The notes beneath the pieces were generated by a model. It was given only the letters and a program-made list of their open reading frames with translations. It did not search any database and was not told the DNA's origin. The translations under genes were made by a program, and so were the position numbers. A DNA stretch of 62,992 bases, filler included, from Octopus bimaculoides (Eukaryota): assembly GCF_001194135.2 (NCBI RefSeq). It is 5 parts of 5 records of this genome, joined end to end, with 100 filler letters (N's around TTAATTAATTAA, not from the genome) between each part and the next. Parts side by side here need not be neighbours in the genome. Positions count along the whole stretch, not along the records: positions 19,420 to 45,982 come from NC_068988.1; 4 more parts are not named here. The stretch is one strand, 5' to 3'. Shown here piece after piece: positions 25,510 to 38,289 of the stretch. Numbering within the stretch: the first letter of the stretch is position 1; each line of letters starts with the position of its first letter.

Positions 25510-27172
25510 CTTTAATAAAAGAAAAGAATAAAAAAAATCTACTTAAGTTAATGAATCTGCAAAGTTTAATTTATCAAAGAATATGTGTAGGAGGAGGTTG
25601 GTAAAAGACTCAGAAGAAAAAAAGAAGGAAGATGAAAATGTAAGCAACGAAATGTCAGAGGAGTAAAATCTAAAAACTGCTCATCATCATCATCATCAAC
25701 AGCAGCAGCAGCACAGCCATTTAAAATACATGAATGAAACATGAGATTAATATAAAAATTCAATTTCCAATAATGATTTCTTAATTAGCAATGACAACTT
25801 TGGGTAATTAAAAAATATGCTTACACTGGGTCATAAAACAATGCTTGCCATGGAGTAAGAGCTACCTACCTGAGTTACAGAAGTTAAAGACTTCAGTTAT
25901 AAAATGACGCAAACTGTCAAATATGATAGTTAGGAAGAAGTCATAGAAAAATTAAAATTTAAGGGTCTTAACCAAGAACGTATTGTAGATGCTGTCACCC
26001 ACCCAAGTGACATTACTCTCTCAACCACTGTAACTCACCTTCTCCAACAATCATGAAAAATAAAGTAGGAAATGGTGATGTTCCTAACTTCTCAAAGGTC
26101 CTAGTAAATTAGTAAAAATAAAACAGAACCAATTAAGATTAGATCTGAGCCACAGAGTCAGTCCATTAACAATTCACCACTTCTTTAAAGTGCTTGCATT
26201 CCACTTTGGGTAATATGAAATGTTATAGATTGGAAAGTACATTTTTTTAAATAATGAAATTATGTCATGATCTACCAGGAATAAAATGAAGTAATTAAAT
26301 GCATCTCTTGAATAAAAAAAAATTAATAATGGCACATTGCTGTACTCCAGAAAACCCACCCACCACAACAGAATTGAGATCCTGAAACCAAGGTGCCACA
26401 TAAAAGCATTGGTGTGGGTGTTGGTGCCACATAAAAAGCACCCAATATACTCTGTAATGTGGTTGGTGTTAGGAAGGGTATCCTGCTGTAGTAACCAAAC
26501 CAAAACAGACTATAGAACTTGGTGAGACCCCTGACCTTGCAAGTTCCTGTCAAGCCATTCATCTCATGCCAACATGGAAAACAGACGTTAAATGATGATG
26601 ATGATGATATTGACAGAAGATAAATGCCCTGATGCAATACCAGGCAGTGGCTCTCATGGCTTTTGATCTTACCTGTTTGGAAGTGTTATTATGTACATGT
26701 TTTGTCTTGGTATAAAAGATGGGCTACAACAAATATTCTGTTCAATATCACAGATTTGCTTGTTAGTTGCTTGACCTTAACCAGTTGAGCATGTCCCTTA
26801 GTTGCTGACAATATGTGCATCTCTGACCACAAGCGGGGGAGAATTATGGTCATGTGTTGACAGGGATACTTTTCAGTTTGAATAATCCATCCCTGAAAAT
26901 ATTGGTGTCTTTACATCATCCTTAAACAACCCTTATTCAGAGACCTTTTGAGTGCAATGGCCAGATGAAAATTCTAACTGGGCCCTACCTGCAAGATCAT
27001 GTGCTGTATATCTTGATATGAGGTCACCATGTCATACACATATCATTGTGATGTATGTACCCTTATCAGATGGCTAGTCATGATGGCTTTGTATATTTGT
27101 ACCTCAGTATCAATTTGATAGCATGCGCTGCTCTCTCACTCAATAATAATAATAATAATTACCAATATTTAC

Positions 27173-27256
27173 CTCCACAAATATAGTAAAAATACAATGA
27201 GACCGTGACGAGTGACTGTTGAGACTGTGTTGACCAATAATCCGGTTCGTTTCGCC
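27173..27256 (-). CDS. KIF9: KIF9 coding exon 5 with switch I (GETNRIIGQHSLNSHSSRSHCIFTIFVE)
   Basis: Hand-translated, 84 nt, ctgcag acceptor, gtaaat donor; SSRSH motif. Confidence 0.95.
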
Positions 27257-29030
27257 CTGCAGTGAATATTATAATTAAATTTAGTAAAAAAATGACACAA
27301 TCTATGTATGAATGAGTGTGTGTGCATGTAAATATAATTTTAACTTTTACATGAAAAACGTTGATAGTGACTTTAAAGTTTTTGTTGGCTCACCTTCACC
27401 AGACATCAGTCTGTGTTTTATTTGGGTTCTTTTCGGCTTCGAATAATATTGTCCTTTTTTTTTTTTTTGATTTTGGATAAGTAGACCAGGAAGGTAGTTG
27501 TGTAGGTAAGGGTGACAGTGGAGGATAGGAAAAAAGTATGTGCTTGTAGGATGTGGGTTGATGAAAAGTTATGGTAAGGAGATTTATTTTTATTTGATAT
27601 GAGGATTTTGTTAGTGCTTACAGTTCAGTCTACTCTTGAGAGAGGATTACAGAAAGAAGAACGACAGAGAACGGAAGAGAACATGGAGGAAAAATGAACA
27701 GAGAGAACAAGCGAAAGATGAAATAACCAGTTTTTCATTTATAAAGCAGCATTTCAATCATAAAAATTATGTTGCTTAAGAAGATCACTTTGCTATCACA
27801 TGGTTTTGGGTTCAGTCCTACAGCACAGGACCTTGAACAAGTGTCTTCTACTATAGCTTCAGGCTGGCCAATATCTTGTCAGTGGATTTGGTAAATGGAA
27901 ACTATGTAGAAGCCCACTGTGTGTGTGTGTGTGTGTGTGTATTTGTGTTTTCCTTGCTCCCCACTACATGACAACCAGCTTTGGTTTGGTTATGTCTTTG
28001 TAACTTAGTAGTTCGGCAAAACAGACCAATGGAATAAATACCAAACTTGATAAAGAATAAGTACTGAGTTGATTCATTTGACTAAATCCTTTAAGACGGT
28101 TACCCCAACATGGCCACAATCCACTGATGCAAACAAGTAAAAGATAAAATCAACTGCAGAAGCAGTAGCAAAAACAATGTGAGCAATGTGAGAGACAACA
28201 ACTAAGATACAACAACAACAACAACAATAGCAATGATAAAGACATCAACAGTAATGACACACACACTTGCATTACTTTTGATGGAGAAGATTTTCCAGCT
28301 CTCTTTTTGTGAAATTGGAATGGAGCAAAAACAAAAGCAACAGCAGTTTGGCAACAAATTGGCTGAGCATTATAAAAACAACCACAAACACCACCACCAT
28401 TGCTACATCCCTACGAACACCATTTCCTCTGTGGCAGCCAGTTCTAATACCAGTCAAAATATCAACAGAGGTTTAGAAGGTAGCAGCTGTAACAATAAGA
28501 ATTACTGAAAGATGTGAGATTCAGCTGCAAGAAATACAAGATTCTTGCAATTTTGTAAGGTGGCAAGGGAGAAGGGTATTGTTGGATGTACCACAGGAGG
28601 TTACACAAAGTAAAAAAAATATTTAGATGCTTGGTGACCTGTCAATGTATAAACACAAAAATTCCTGGAGTGAAGAAGCTAACACATGAACAAAAAGACG
28701 CCTGAAATTTGTGTGGGTGCAAAAGACATACCATATTTATTCATGCATTAGTTGCATTTATTTTATGCTTGAGATTCAATGTGACACAGAATGTGACAAC
28801 GGCTCTTTGAAACACAGATACTACTTATTTTTGCCAGCTGAATGGACTGGAACAGTGTGAAATAGAGTGTCTTGCTCAAAGACATAACACACCACTGGTT
28901 TTCAAACTCACAACCTTACAATCATGAGCTGAATACCCTAATCACTAAGCCATGTGCCTTCACAAATCAAATAATACCATCTTAGAAATGGAAGAATATG
29001 TAGGAAATATGTTGGGTAATGCACCTAAGT

Positions 29031-29410
29031 GGAGGTGCAATGGCCCAGTGGTTAGGGCAGCAGATTCGCGGTCATAGGATCGTGATTTCAATTCCCAGAC
29101 CAGGCATTGTGAGTGTTTATTGAGCAAAAACACCTAAAGCTCCATGAGGCTCCGGCAGGGGATGGTGGCGAACCCTGCTGTACTCTATCACCACAACTTT
29201 CTCTCACTCTTACTTCCTGTTTCTGTTGTGCCTGTAATTCAAAGGGTCAGCCTTGTCACACTGTGTCACGCTGAATATCCCCAAGAACTACGTTAAGGGT
29301 ACATGTGTCTGTGGAGTGCTCAGCCACTTGCATGTTAATTTCACAAGCAGGCTGTTCCATTGATTGAATCAACTGGAACCCTTGACGTCGTAAGCGATGG
29401 AGTGCCAACA
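29031..29410 (+). mobile_element. Third tRNA-derived SINE family (possibly carrying a Deu/Nin-like central domain)
   Basis: Pol III A/B-box-like head GTGGAGGTGCAATGGCCCAGTGGTTAGGGC..GATTTCAATTCCC; the same head occurs inverted at 45105-45182. Domain assignment is from memory and tentative. Confidence 0.6.
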
Positions 29411-30291
29411 GTAATGCACATAAGCAGGAATTTTTTCTTATTCATTCCTACCAGGAGAAATCACAGATGAACTAACTTTTTGAACAGAATACAGTATAAT
29501 GTAAATGATTATGATGAGTGATTACAGTAGTAGTCAAAATCGGATCTCTTGTAATATCAATAACTTATGATACCACGGTTCAAGAACACTCTTAAACATG
29601 ACAAGAGCTATGATTTTATCTCATCCCATTGGTGTCCCATTTAATCATACACAATCTTGTACGGACTTAAGTAGCAAGATAAAACTGTAACAAAACATTA
29701 TGACCTCTTTCAAAACAATATCCTGGTTCAATTCTAGTATAATACTTAATCTTGTGATGAAGCCTTATGATGATCTATGCCTAATGATAATCTTGTGATT
29801 AATCCAATGATGATCTGTGCCAGCTAGTATTGCATTTTCTCTTGGACCAACAAAATGTCGAAATATCTCTTTCCAGCCAACCTAAGTCATTACAGAAAAA
29901 AGAACTACATATCTGCAATTACTGCAAAGACACAGATCAGCTAAGACACTGGTTATTATTGTCGTCAATGACTGTTACTTAAAGCTCACACTTTCTAACA
30001 ACATTTACCCACTTTATGGGCAATTGCTTCACCTTATGCCTACTGAGAGATTTTCAGAACAACAGAGACAAGTAAAGGATCAACAGAATTTATTAATAAA
30101 CCTCAGCCTGTAGTCAGATAGATGTCTCTCCTAACAACTATCCATCTGGAATATTTCCAGAAAATCAATTACCTTCAGGTGTGGAGATGTTAGCCATAAC
30201 TGATGAGCTTAAACGTCATCTTACCAGTATAGCTGCTGACAGAAATGGTTGTTGTGTTGGTTATGTTGAGCAATGATGATGACAATACTCT

Positions 30292-30690
30292 TTCTCTTTT
30301 ACTCTTTTACTTGTTTCAGTCATTTGACTGTGGCCATGCTGGAGCACCGTCTTTAGTCGAGCAAATCGACCTCAGGACTTACTAAGCCTAGCACTTATTC
30401 TATCGGTCTCTTTTGCCGAACCTCTAAGTTACAGAGACATAAACACACAAGCATTGGTCGTCAAGCGATGTTGGGGGGACAAACACAGACACACAAACAC
30501 ATATACATATACATATATACGACGGGCTACTTTCAGTTTCCGTCTACCAAATCCACTCACAAGGCTTTGGTTGGCCCGAGGCTATAGTAGAAGACACTTG
30601 CCCAAGGTGCCACACAGTGGGACTGAACCCAGAACCATGTGGTTCGTAAACAAGCTACTTACCACACAGCCACTCTTACGCCGAGCTACT
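30292..30690 (-). mobile_element. CORE-domain SINE copy in KIF9 intron 4
   Basis: Reverse complement of the 47540-47945 family. Confidence 0.8.
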
Positions 30691-31372
30691 TACCACACAG
30701 CCACTCCTACGCATTATTTTAACATACACTTTAACCTTCTCGCATGAGTCAAATGGAGTTTGTTGAGAGATATTTTTATCACTAGATACCTTTCATGTTG
30801 CCAGCCCTTACCTGTTTCCAAGTAAGGTAAAATAATTCCCCCATGGCCAGACTTGTTTTCACAGAATATTGGAAATATCAACAATCACACAGTGGCCAGA
30901 CAAGGAAACACAAACATACACACACACACTTACACACACATATACATAAAGAGTTCGGTTTGCATCTATCAAGTCCACTCACAAGGCTATCATAGAAGAC
31001 AACTTGCCCAAGCTGCCACATAATGGGACTGAACCTGAAACCATGTGGTTAGGAAGCAAACTTCACGACCATGCCTGCACCTAAGTTCTGACTGTCCATG
31101 CTTTTCATACTTTTAGTTAGCCCTTGCTTCATGTGTTCAGAGTAATATAAAACTTTCTTGTCATAAGTCCCAAGTTACTCTGGTGGTTGAAAAAAAATGG
31201 GAACGTGTATCGTATATGATGCCTGAATGTCAAAGAAATATGTCCTGTGTATCACATGTGTATCACATATGAGACACATGACAAGCAAAGAGTCGAGGGG
31301 AGTGCTAAATAACTGAATGACTCATGGTCATCAGATATATATGTTATAATCAAATAAAAAAAGTTGACTTGC

Positions 31373-31556
31373 CTCAAACAGCAAATTAAGAGCCTCTTCT
31401 TCATTGCGCACCAAATGGTATGACAGCCCTTTGATGTAGACATTCTTATCCGATTCAACAATGCTTAGTTGGTCAGGAACAAAATGCTCCACATATTCCG
31501 GCAGAGTTGACAAAAGATCAAACAAGGTTTCATTGTAAATTTCAAGGTAGGAAATT
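31373..31556 (-). CDS. KIF9: KIF9 coding exon 4 (ISYLEIYNETLFDLLSTLPEYVEHFVPDQLSIVESDKNVYIKGLSYHLVRNEEEALNLLFE)
   Basis: 184 nt; kinesin SYLEIYNE motif; KIF9-type LFDLLSTLP; ends at a non-canonical AG|GCAAGT donor. Confidence 0.95.
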
Positions 31557-33049
31557 CTATTCCACAGAAAAAAAAAAAAAAAAAAATTATATATATATAT
31601 ATGTATATATATTGGTATATATATGTATATATATTGGTATATATATGTGTGTGTGTGTGTGAAGTTGAATTTAAAAACAAGGAAAGTTGTAAAGTTTATA
31701 CATTCTTCAAAGCTGATGATTCACTCCGTCACTATACAAAATCACTTGCTAAGAGTGATCGTTCATGCTTCTACTGACCCTGAAGAATAACACATGGTGA
31801 CAAACTCTGAGTAATAATACAATGGATCATCAGTTTCAAACATGCACACACACGCACACATTAAATGCCATATAAAGTATGATCAGACCTCGTAAGGTAA
31901 CTATTTTGCGACCATGTATCAGAAAGAAATAGAGCAAAGCATTTTACAGAATTATATGACAGAGCCAAAAACCTAATTATACCAACTCATACATTGCAAA
32001 GTGGCTTCAAACATAAATGTTCTTGCAACATTTATTACATCAATCCTTGAAGAGTTGATTGTTAATATTTTCCTATTCTCAACAGTCAATTTGTTGAAAC
32101 AAATTTTATTGTGTCTTGGGACATGATTTCACATCAAGAATCTTGCAAACCAAATACAAATACAAAACAGTGAATTTATTTTGTATTTACTAAAGGATTA
32201 ATAATGAAGCTGAGACTTCTATGATAGCCCTGTGAGTGGACTTGATCGATGCAAACTGAATAGTTGATTGGCAGACTTTTAGAATAGTTATAACTATTTC
32301 ATGGAGTGAGCTAGCAGAATTGGTAGCATGCCAGGTGAAAAGCTTAGTGGCATTTCATCTATCCTTACATTCTGAGTTCAAATTCTACCAAGGCAAATTT
32401 TGCCTTTCATCCTTTCTGGGCTGATAAAATAAGTACCAGTTGAACACTGGGGTTGATGTAATTGACTTAACTACTCTGGGTATGAGTATAAAGAAAAAAT
32501 ACTGCATCACTCTGAGAAGCCATGTTGAGCCAGTATGGCAGGGTAAACTCATCAAACCAGTATGATCTCAAGCTCAAATTCACGGCCTCCACATCAGACC
32601 ACCATGGTTGGTGGAAAAAACATGCTAAGGCCTTCATCCTGCAGTGGACTGAACATAGGCAATCCAATCCAATCCAATCTCACAGAGAAGAAAAAGGATT
32701 ATTTTTGCAGTTTTTTTCCTTCTAAATGATGAGGGTAGTTACAATTCCTGAGTGTGCATAAGTCCACTAATTTTTCCATCTCTCTGATCTGAGATACCCA
32801 AATCATGTACATGTTTGTATTATAGCCTTTTTGCATTAATAGTTTAGCAGTTTAACACTTCATCCATTTTACCATTACACCTAAAAGTTATGTGGTATGA
32901 CTATTACATAATTTCAAAAAATGTAATATTTTTGAAATTTAAATCTTCTAACATGCAGAATGGCTCTAATACATTTTCTATAAAGAATATAAAACAACTA
33001 ATAGACAACATCAGACAATAGGAAAGATAAATAGGGAGAAAGAGCTCAC

Positions 33050-33203
33050 CTTACAGAAATTACGTTTTCTGTACAATCTTCAATCTGCTTGAAGAGTTGA
33101 GAAATTGCCCTGGGAATTAGTCCCCGATACTGAAAATTCTCGTGCACTCCTGATATAGTAAATGTTTTACCAGCTCCTGTTTGTCCATAACATAATATGG
33201 TTC
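33050..33203 (-). CDS. KIF9: KIF9 coding exon 3 with P-loop (TILCYGQTGAGKTFTISGVHENFQYRGLIPRAISQLFKQIEDCTENVISV-R)
   Basis: 154 nt, tttcag acceptor, gtgagc donor, phases 1/2 fit the neighbouring exons; kinesin Walker A motif GQTGAGKT. Confidence 0.96.
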
Positions 33204-33264
33204 CTGAAATTGGTGAAGTGTAGAGCAAGAATATAAAACAAAGTTGATTAAAATTACTAATTCA

Positions 33265-33495
33265 CCCATCAATCTGGCAGAAATGTTAGCATGCCGGGCG
33301 AAATGCTTAGCGGTATTTCGTCTGCCGCTACGTTCTGAGTTCAAATTCCGCCGAGGTCGACTTTGCCTTTCATCCTTTCGGGGTCGATTAAATAAGTACC
33401 AGTTACGCACTGGGTCGATATAATTGACTTAATCTGTTTGTCTGTCTTTGTTTGTCCCCTCTGTGTGTAGCCCCTTGTGGGTAGTAAAGAAATAA
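33265..33495 (+). mobile_element. Dominant-family SINE, near consensus (GCCCCTTGTGGG-tail variant), about 60 bp from the KIF9 exon 3 acceptor
   Basis: Head, Meta-like core and tail GCCCCTTGTGGGTAGTAAAGAAATA all present. Confidence 0.9.
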
Positions 33496-33959
33496 CACAT
33501 CAATCTTAGTGAATTCTTCTTAGACCAGATAAACTGTTTAACTCAGAAAAGGCAGTCCAAGTGAAAATGGAATATACTAAACTATTAAAAAATTCTCTCA
33601 GTGAAAAACTTCAATGCCAACACTGAGACATAGTTATACACCAAATCTTTCATTTATGAAAGTTTCATTATTGCTTAGTCTACAACAACTGCAATCATCA
33701 TTTAACATCCACAATCCATGATAGCATAGGTTGGATGGTTTGACAGGATTTAATGGGCCCAAGAACCGCATATTGACACTGTTGGATAAGTGTACTAAAA
33801 TAGATCTGCTGCCTGTTCAGGTGAATATTTATTTTTGAAATGAAAAGCTACAAAAACAGAAATAAGAACAGGTTATACGGACTTATGAGATTCCTGAAAT
33901 GATCGCAAAGAGAGAACGAAAGGAGGAGAGAGAAATATGGTTTCAAGGGAGATTACTCT

Positions 33960-34460
33960 TGTTCAATTCTTTAGTTATTTCCCTTCATAGATTTGTTTTA
34001 ATAAGCGATCTGGTTTATTTTGATAAATTCGATAAATACACGATAAGAAATTATCTAGTCTCGCACCTCTACGCCTTAAATTCCATAGTTGCCGGCATCG
34101 GCGATAGCAGTCATAATTTAGGAGCTGATGAAATATTTACCAAACACGTAAACAATCCCCACCCTTTCCAACAAGTTGTGGCTTCGTAGGCACCATGTGT
34201 ATTGAATTCCTTTACTGCTCTGAATGCGAGTGTCGTAGCTTGACACGCTGAAAAGGTGTTTGATGCAGTGAGATTTTTTAAGACGTGTTTTTCTAGTACG
34301 TAAAGATAAATAATCATTTTTTTCCTGAAAACTAGTACGATGTATGAAATTAACTTATTGACTGTAATCAGAAGTAACACACAATGGGAAATAATCGGTG
34401 TGACGTTGATGTCATTCATAAATGTATCGTCTGCATACGTGAAGTGAAATAACGGCAAAT
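33960..34460 (-). mobile_element. Very old LINE reverse-transcriptase relic
   Basis: FHFTYADDT, followed about 65 aa later by VKEFNTHGAY (degenerate xxFxYLG), and DRLLKQIY further downstream in another frame. Confidence 0.4.
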
Positions 34461-35199
34461 AAAAATCATTAACGGACTACAAACTCATTCTGCTGGAAGC
34501 TTAACTTTTCTAATATCGATTTCTAGCATTGGCACGTGGCCATACATTCCACAAGTGTAAAGTCGATTAAATTTCTACTAGTATTAGACTGATGTTTTAT
34601 GTTATCAGCACGGAATGATGAAGATTAAACTCGTAATAAAGATTGCAAGATATTTTGTTCAACTTTCTAATGACTCTTTCAGTTCACTCCCTCTCTAATA
34701 TTGATAATTAGAAATTGTTCCACTTTTAAAATGATAGACACCGTGTTCAAGACACAGGTCTTTTAATCCAAAGGTCATGTAAAAACTAACACTTCCTTCC
34801 AGGCTGAGATTCGAAACCGAATCTAAGGATTCTTGCTCATCTGGCCAAACAGGCGCAAAAGAAATTTCTTTGTCCTGTCAAAAAGTGGATGGTTTTTCCC
34901 TTCGACTTACGACCTCAGCCATGTCATTTAGAGTTCAAGTGGACAGAAGGCAACCTACATATTCACATTTACTTTTATTTATTCATACTTATATTTGCAG
35001 CACTAGTAATGCTTAAATTTATAATGTTCATAATGTTTATACTTAGGACGCCACTAACACTTACTCCTACTCCTGGTAGGGGCAACAATCTTAACATGTT
35101 TGAATGACAGGTCAAAAGTGAGAACAGGTATAGCATGTCTATCAAACGAACACAGAAACCTTCTTTTCAGTGTTGAATAACATCTCCCCTTCCCATGCG

Positions 35200-35515
35200 T
35201 CCTCCTACATTCCTTTGCCAGTTTTTAGAGTTGGCACTGTCAATGTATTCTCACTGAAAGGTAGGTCTAGTGAGATTGTAGAGATGCTTGAACAGAGACG
35301 TGTTGATGTATGCTGCATACAAGATGTAAGGTGGAGAGGAGCTTCAGCCAGGGTCCTCACAGGCAAGGCACAAAGGTATAAAATCTTCTGGGAAGGTAAC
35401 AGTGATGAAGTAGGGGGTGTGGGCATACTCCTTGCAGAGAAACGGGTGGATAAGGTCATAGAGGTAGTCAGGATATGTGATAGAGTGCTTAAGCTCAGGC
35501 TAGTCCTGCAGAATT
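35200..35515 (+). mobile_element. RTE-clade LINE apurinic-endonuclease fragment
   Basis: VGTVNVFSLKGRSSEIVEMLEQRRVDVCCIQDVRWRG..GGVGILLAEK..DRVLKLRLV (N-terminal APE motifs). Confidence 0.85.
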
Positions 35516-35552
35516 GTATAGCAGATTTCTAAAGAGTAAAATTAAGACTCAC

Positions 35553-35718
35553 CATTGTAACCCATAAGGGCGGCATTAACAAGGTCTGCTGCAACTTCAT
35601 TGTATACCTCTTCTTGACTAACATTATGTAGAACACCATCAAGTTTAAACAACCAGTCATGAATCTGGTTATTGACTACATCTTGCTTGACACTTTGACC
35701 AGCATGTATGTTAATGCT
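35553..35718 (-). CDS. KIF9: KIF9 coding exon 2 (SINIHAGQSVKQDVVNNQIHDWLFKLDGVLHNVSQEEVYNEVAADLVNAALMGYN-G)
   Basis: Not in the ORF track; translated by hand. ttttgtag acceptor, gtgagt donor, 166 nt. VNNQ-x-DW-x-FKLDGVLH is typical of KIF9 rather than KIF6. Confidence 0.95.
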
Positions 35719-36631
35719 CTACAAAATAAGAATGCTATAGAGTTAACATCAATAGCATCAATTTATATAATTTTTTTTCAAACCACCCACGAGAAAACTG
35801 ATTGACCCTGTTAGTATTGCATCATGGGAAAGAGATGTAAGCAGACCCTAATGAGTTGTTAAATCGTTAAATTATGACAGAACTGGTTTGGTTCTTTCAA
35901 AATAACTTCATAAATCTTAATTTCACAGTGAATGCGTATGGATATACATGCATGCACACGCGCGCACATACACACACATATATTGTGTTTACTAGTGTAT
36001 AAGCCGCATTATTTTATACTTTAGTTTAACTGAAAGACTGGGGTGCGACTTATACATGAGTAAATATAGTTGCATTTTGCCATAGCGGTACCAGTAACCG
36101 GTTGCTATATACATGTTAACATAGAATCATACATACGTGATATGGTGAGTTGATAAACTTCTTTGATTAACCGATATTATCCTTATCTAGAAGTTAAAAA
36201 CTATTCTAGAGGGGGTTAAAACATGCAAGGGAGACAACACCCATAAAATTGGTTAATTCAAATTTAGGGGAAATAAAGCAAGGGCAGTTACGAATGCATC
36301 TTCTGTTCGAAGCTAATTGGTAAAAGCAACGGACATACTTTGATCTTATCAGATTTATAGGTTGGTAAAAACGGCAAATCTACCACATATGCAGGCACAG
36401 CAGTTAAGCAGTGTCTAATTCCAATGTCCACCAAGGTTTGTAACTTCTTAACTTAGAAGAATGCCTGCATTTCATTTTCGAAAAATATGGGTCAACCGAG
36501 GAGTAATCTTCCAGTATAGGGTGGTAAAAAACAGTTAATAAAAATACAAGGGAAATAACTTACATCTTACTAGTATCATCCGTACTACTCTGAAATGTTT
36601 TTTTTTTTTTAGCTGTTTATAATTAAATCAC

Positions 36632-38289
36632 TATCTCTTTATTACCCACTAGGTGCTAAACAAAGAAGGGGACAAACACAATCGGGGAACTAAAATTATA
36701 ATACAGATGTATAAAGAAAATAAAAAAAATAAAAACGAATGAATTATGAACAAGATGATACAATGAGGCGGAATGTCCACTCGATCCCCGAAGTCGAGTG
36801 GTTACATTGCAACGGTTTTTTTTTTTAAAAATCAATCCACCTTAAGTCCAGCAGTTCAATGTCATAGTCCTGTTTAAGTTCAATATAACTCGTGCTTTTT
36901 GGCAACTTGTCTCTATCATCTTTTACCTTCCACAATTCAATCCCTTTATTGTTTTTCACTATTTCCTTTTGCTCCTCGTTCAACGAATAACACATCGCTG
37001 CCTCACCATCCTCCCAGAGTTCCACCTCAACCACATCCTTCTACTCGTTTACCTGTTTCATCAAGTCATCCTCCATGTCCTCATACAGAAGGCAAGCAAA
37101 ACAAACAGGAGGAGGGGGAACCTTATTTCCATCGTGTTTGTTTTTGTTTTTTTTTTGTTTTCTTGATGGAGGGGATTGGGTAGGTTTGGTGTCTGCATGG
37201 GGAGGGTGTGATGAAGAGGGAGAGGGTGGGCATTGGGTGTTTTGGGGCTCACAGGCACTTACTTTCTTCCTCTTTCTATCTTTCCTCCTCTTGGCCATTT
37301 CCCATTCCTTATCCTCAGGTGTTTCTTTTGTCTCTTCCTGTCTCCTTTCCTGTGGTGGCGGCTGTCGCTCCTCTACCATTTTGGGTGGTGGAGGGCAGTT
37401 CGCTCTTATGTGGCCCTTCTGACCACATTTGAAGCAGCGCGGTAACCTGCCCTTCACTCTTACATTCATTACCACTTCGTCCAATGTTATCGTTTCCACC
37501 ATCTCTTCTAACGCCTCACTCGAACCCTGCACTATCATGTTTACGACCTGGCCCTTCCAGTTTGAACATTTTGACTTCGTTGCCTGGAGCACCACTATTT
37601 TGCCGTTAGTCTCAGCCTAAACAGCGGCCGCTATCCAGGCAACGTCAATTTCCGGAGGAATTCCTTCTACTCATACCCGAGACGCTCTACGTCCCAGGTA
37701 CGTGGGTAGAAGTACAAGTTCTTCATCCTTCAATGAAGTTGCCGCATACTTCTTTGCCGTGTCTTCGTTTGTGAATCTCACCTCCATTTCACCAAATTTC
37801 GGCCCTCTGGCAAGATATTGCCAGATTGGCCTCAGCACCTTCTCTACCTGCGTCGTCAACATGTGGTCTATCTTCCCTTTCTTAATTGAGTATGTTTTGT
37901 ACATTATAGTTCTGCCTTTCATACTTTTTGTTATTTTGAGCGGAGGGGCCACGATAACGTTGTAACCGTCACGCTTCAACAACGTCTTATATTTCTCTGT
38001 GTCAATTTGTCAATTTCTACATTTTCCTCTTCTTTTCGAGCAACCTCCGCAAACTTCCTCTTATCGAGTTCCACGTCCATTGCATCAACCGCTTTCAACA
38101 ATTCTTCCTCAGGTGTCGAATACTCAGACCTGCTAAAGTCTGAGTAAAAGGTATTCCTTTTACTTTTAGCCATACCAACTCTCAAAGAGAGAACGTACGA
38201 CTACACCGCTGCAAAGCAGCAAATACAACAATCCTTTCTGAACGATATTTCACAAATAGTACAAACCTTTACTGGCCAACTCACACTTG
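36632..38289 (-). mobile_element. ORF1-only (HAL1-like) non-autonomous Tx1/L1 derivative no. 2, apparently full length, with 21-bp TSD, in KIF9 intron 1
   Basis: Fragmented ORF1 about 38170-36825 with knuckle CFKCGQKGHIRANC; no endonuclease or RT; AGCTG(T/C)TTATAATTAAATCAC at 36611-36631 and 38290-38310. Confidence 0.85.
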
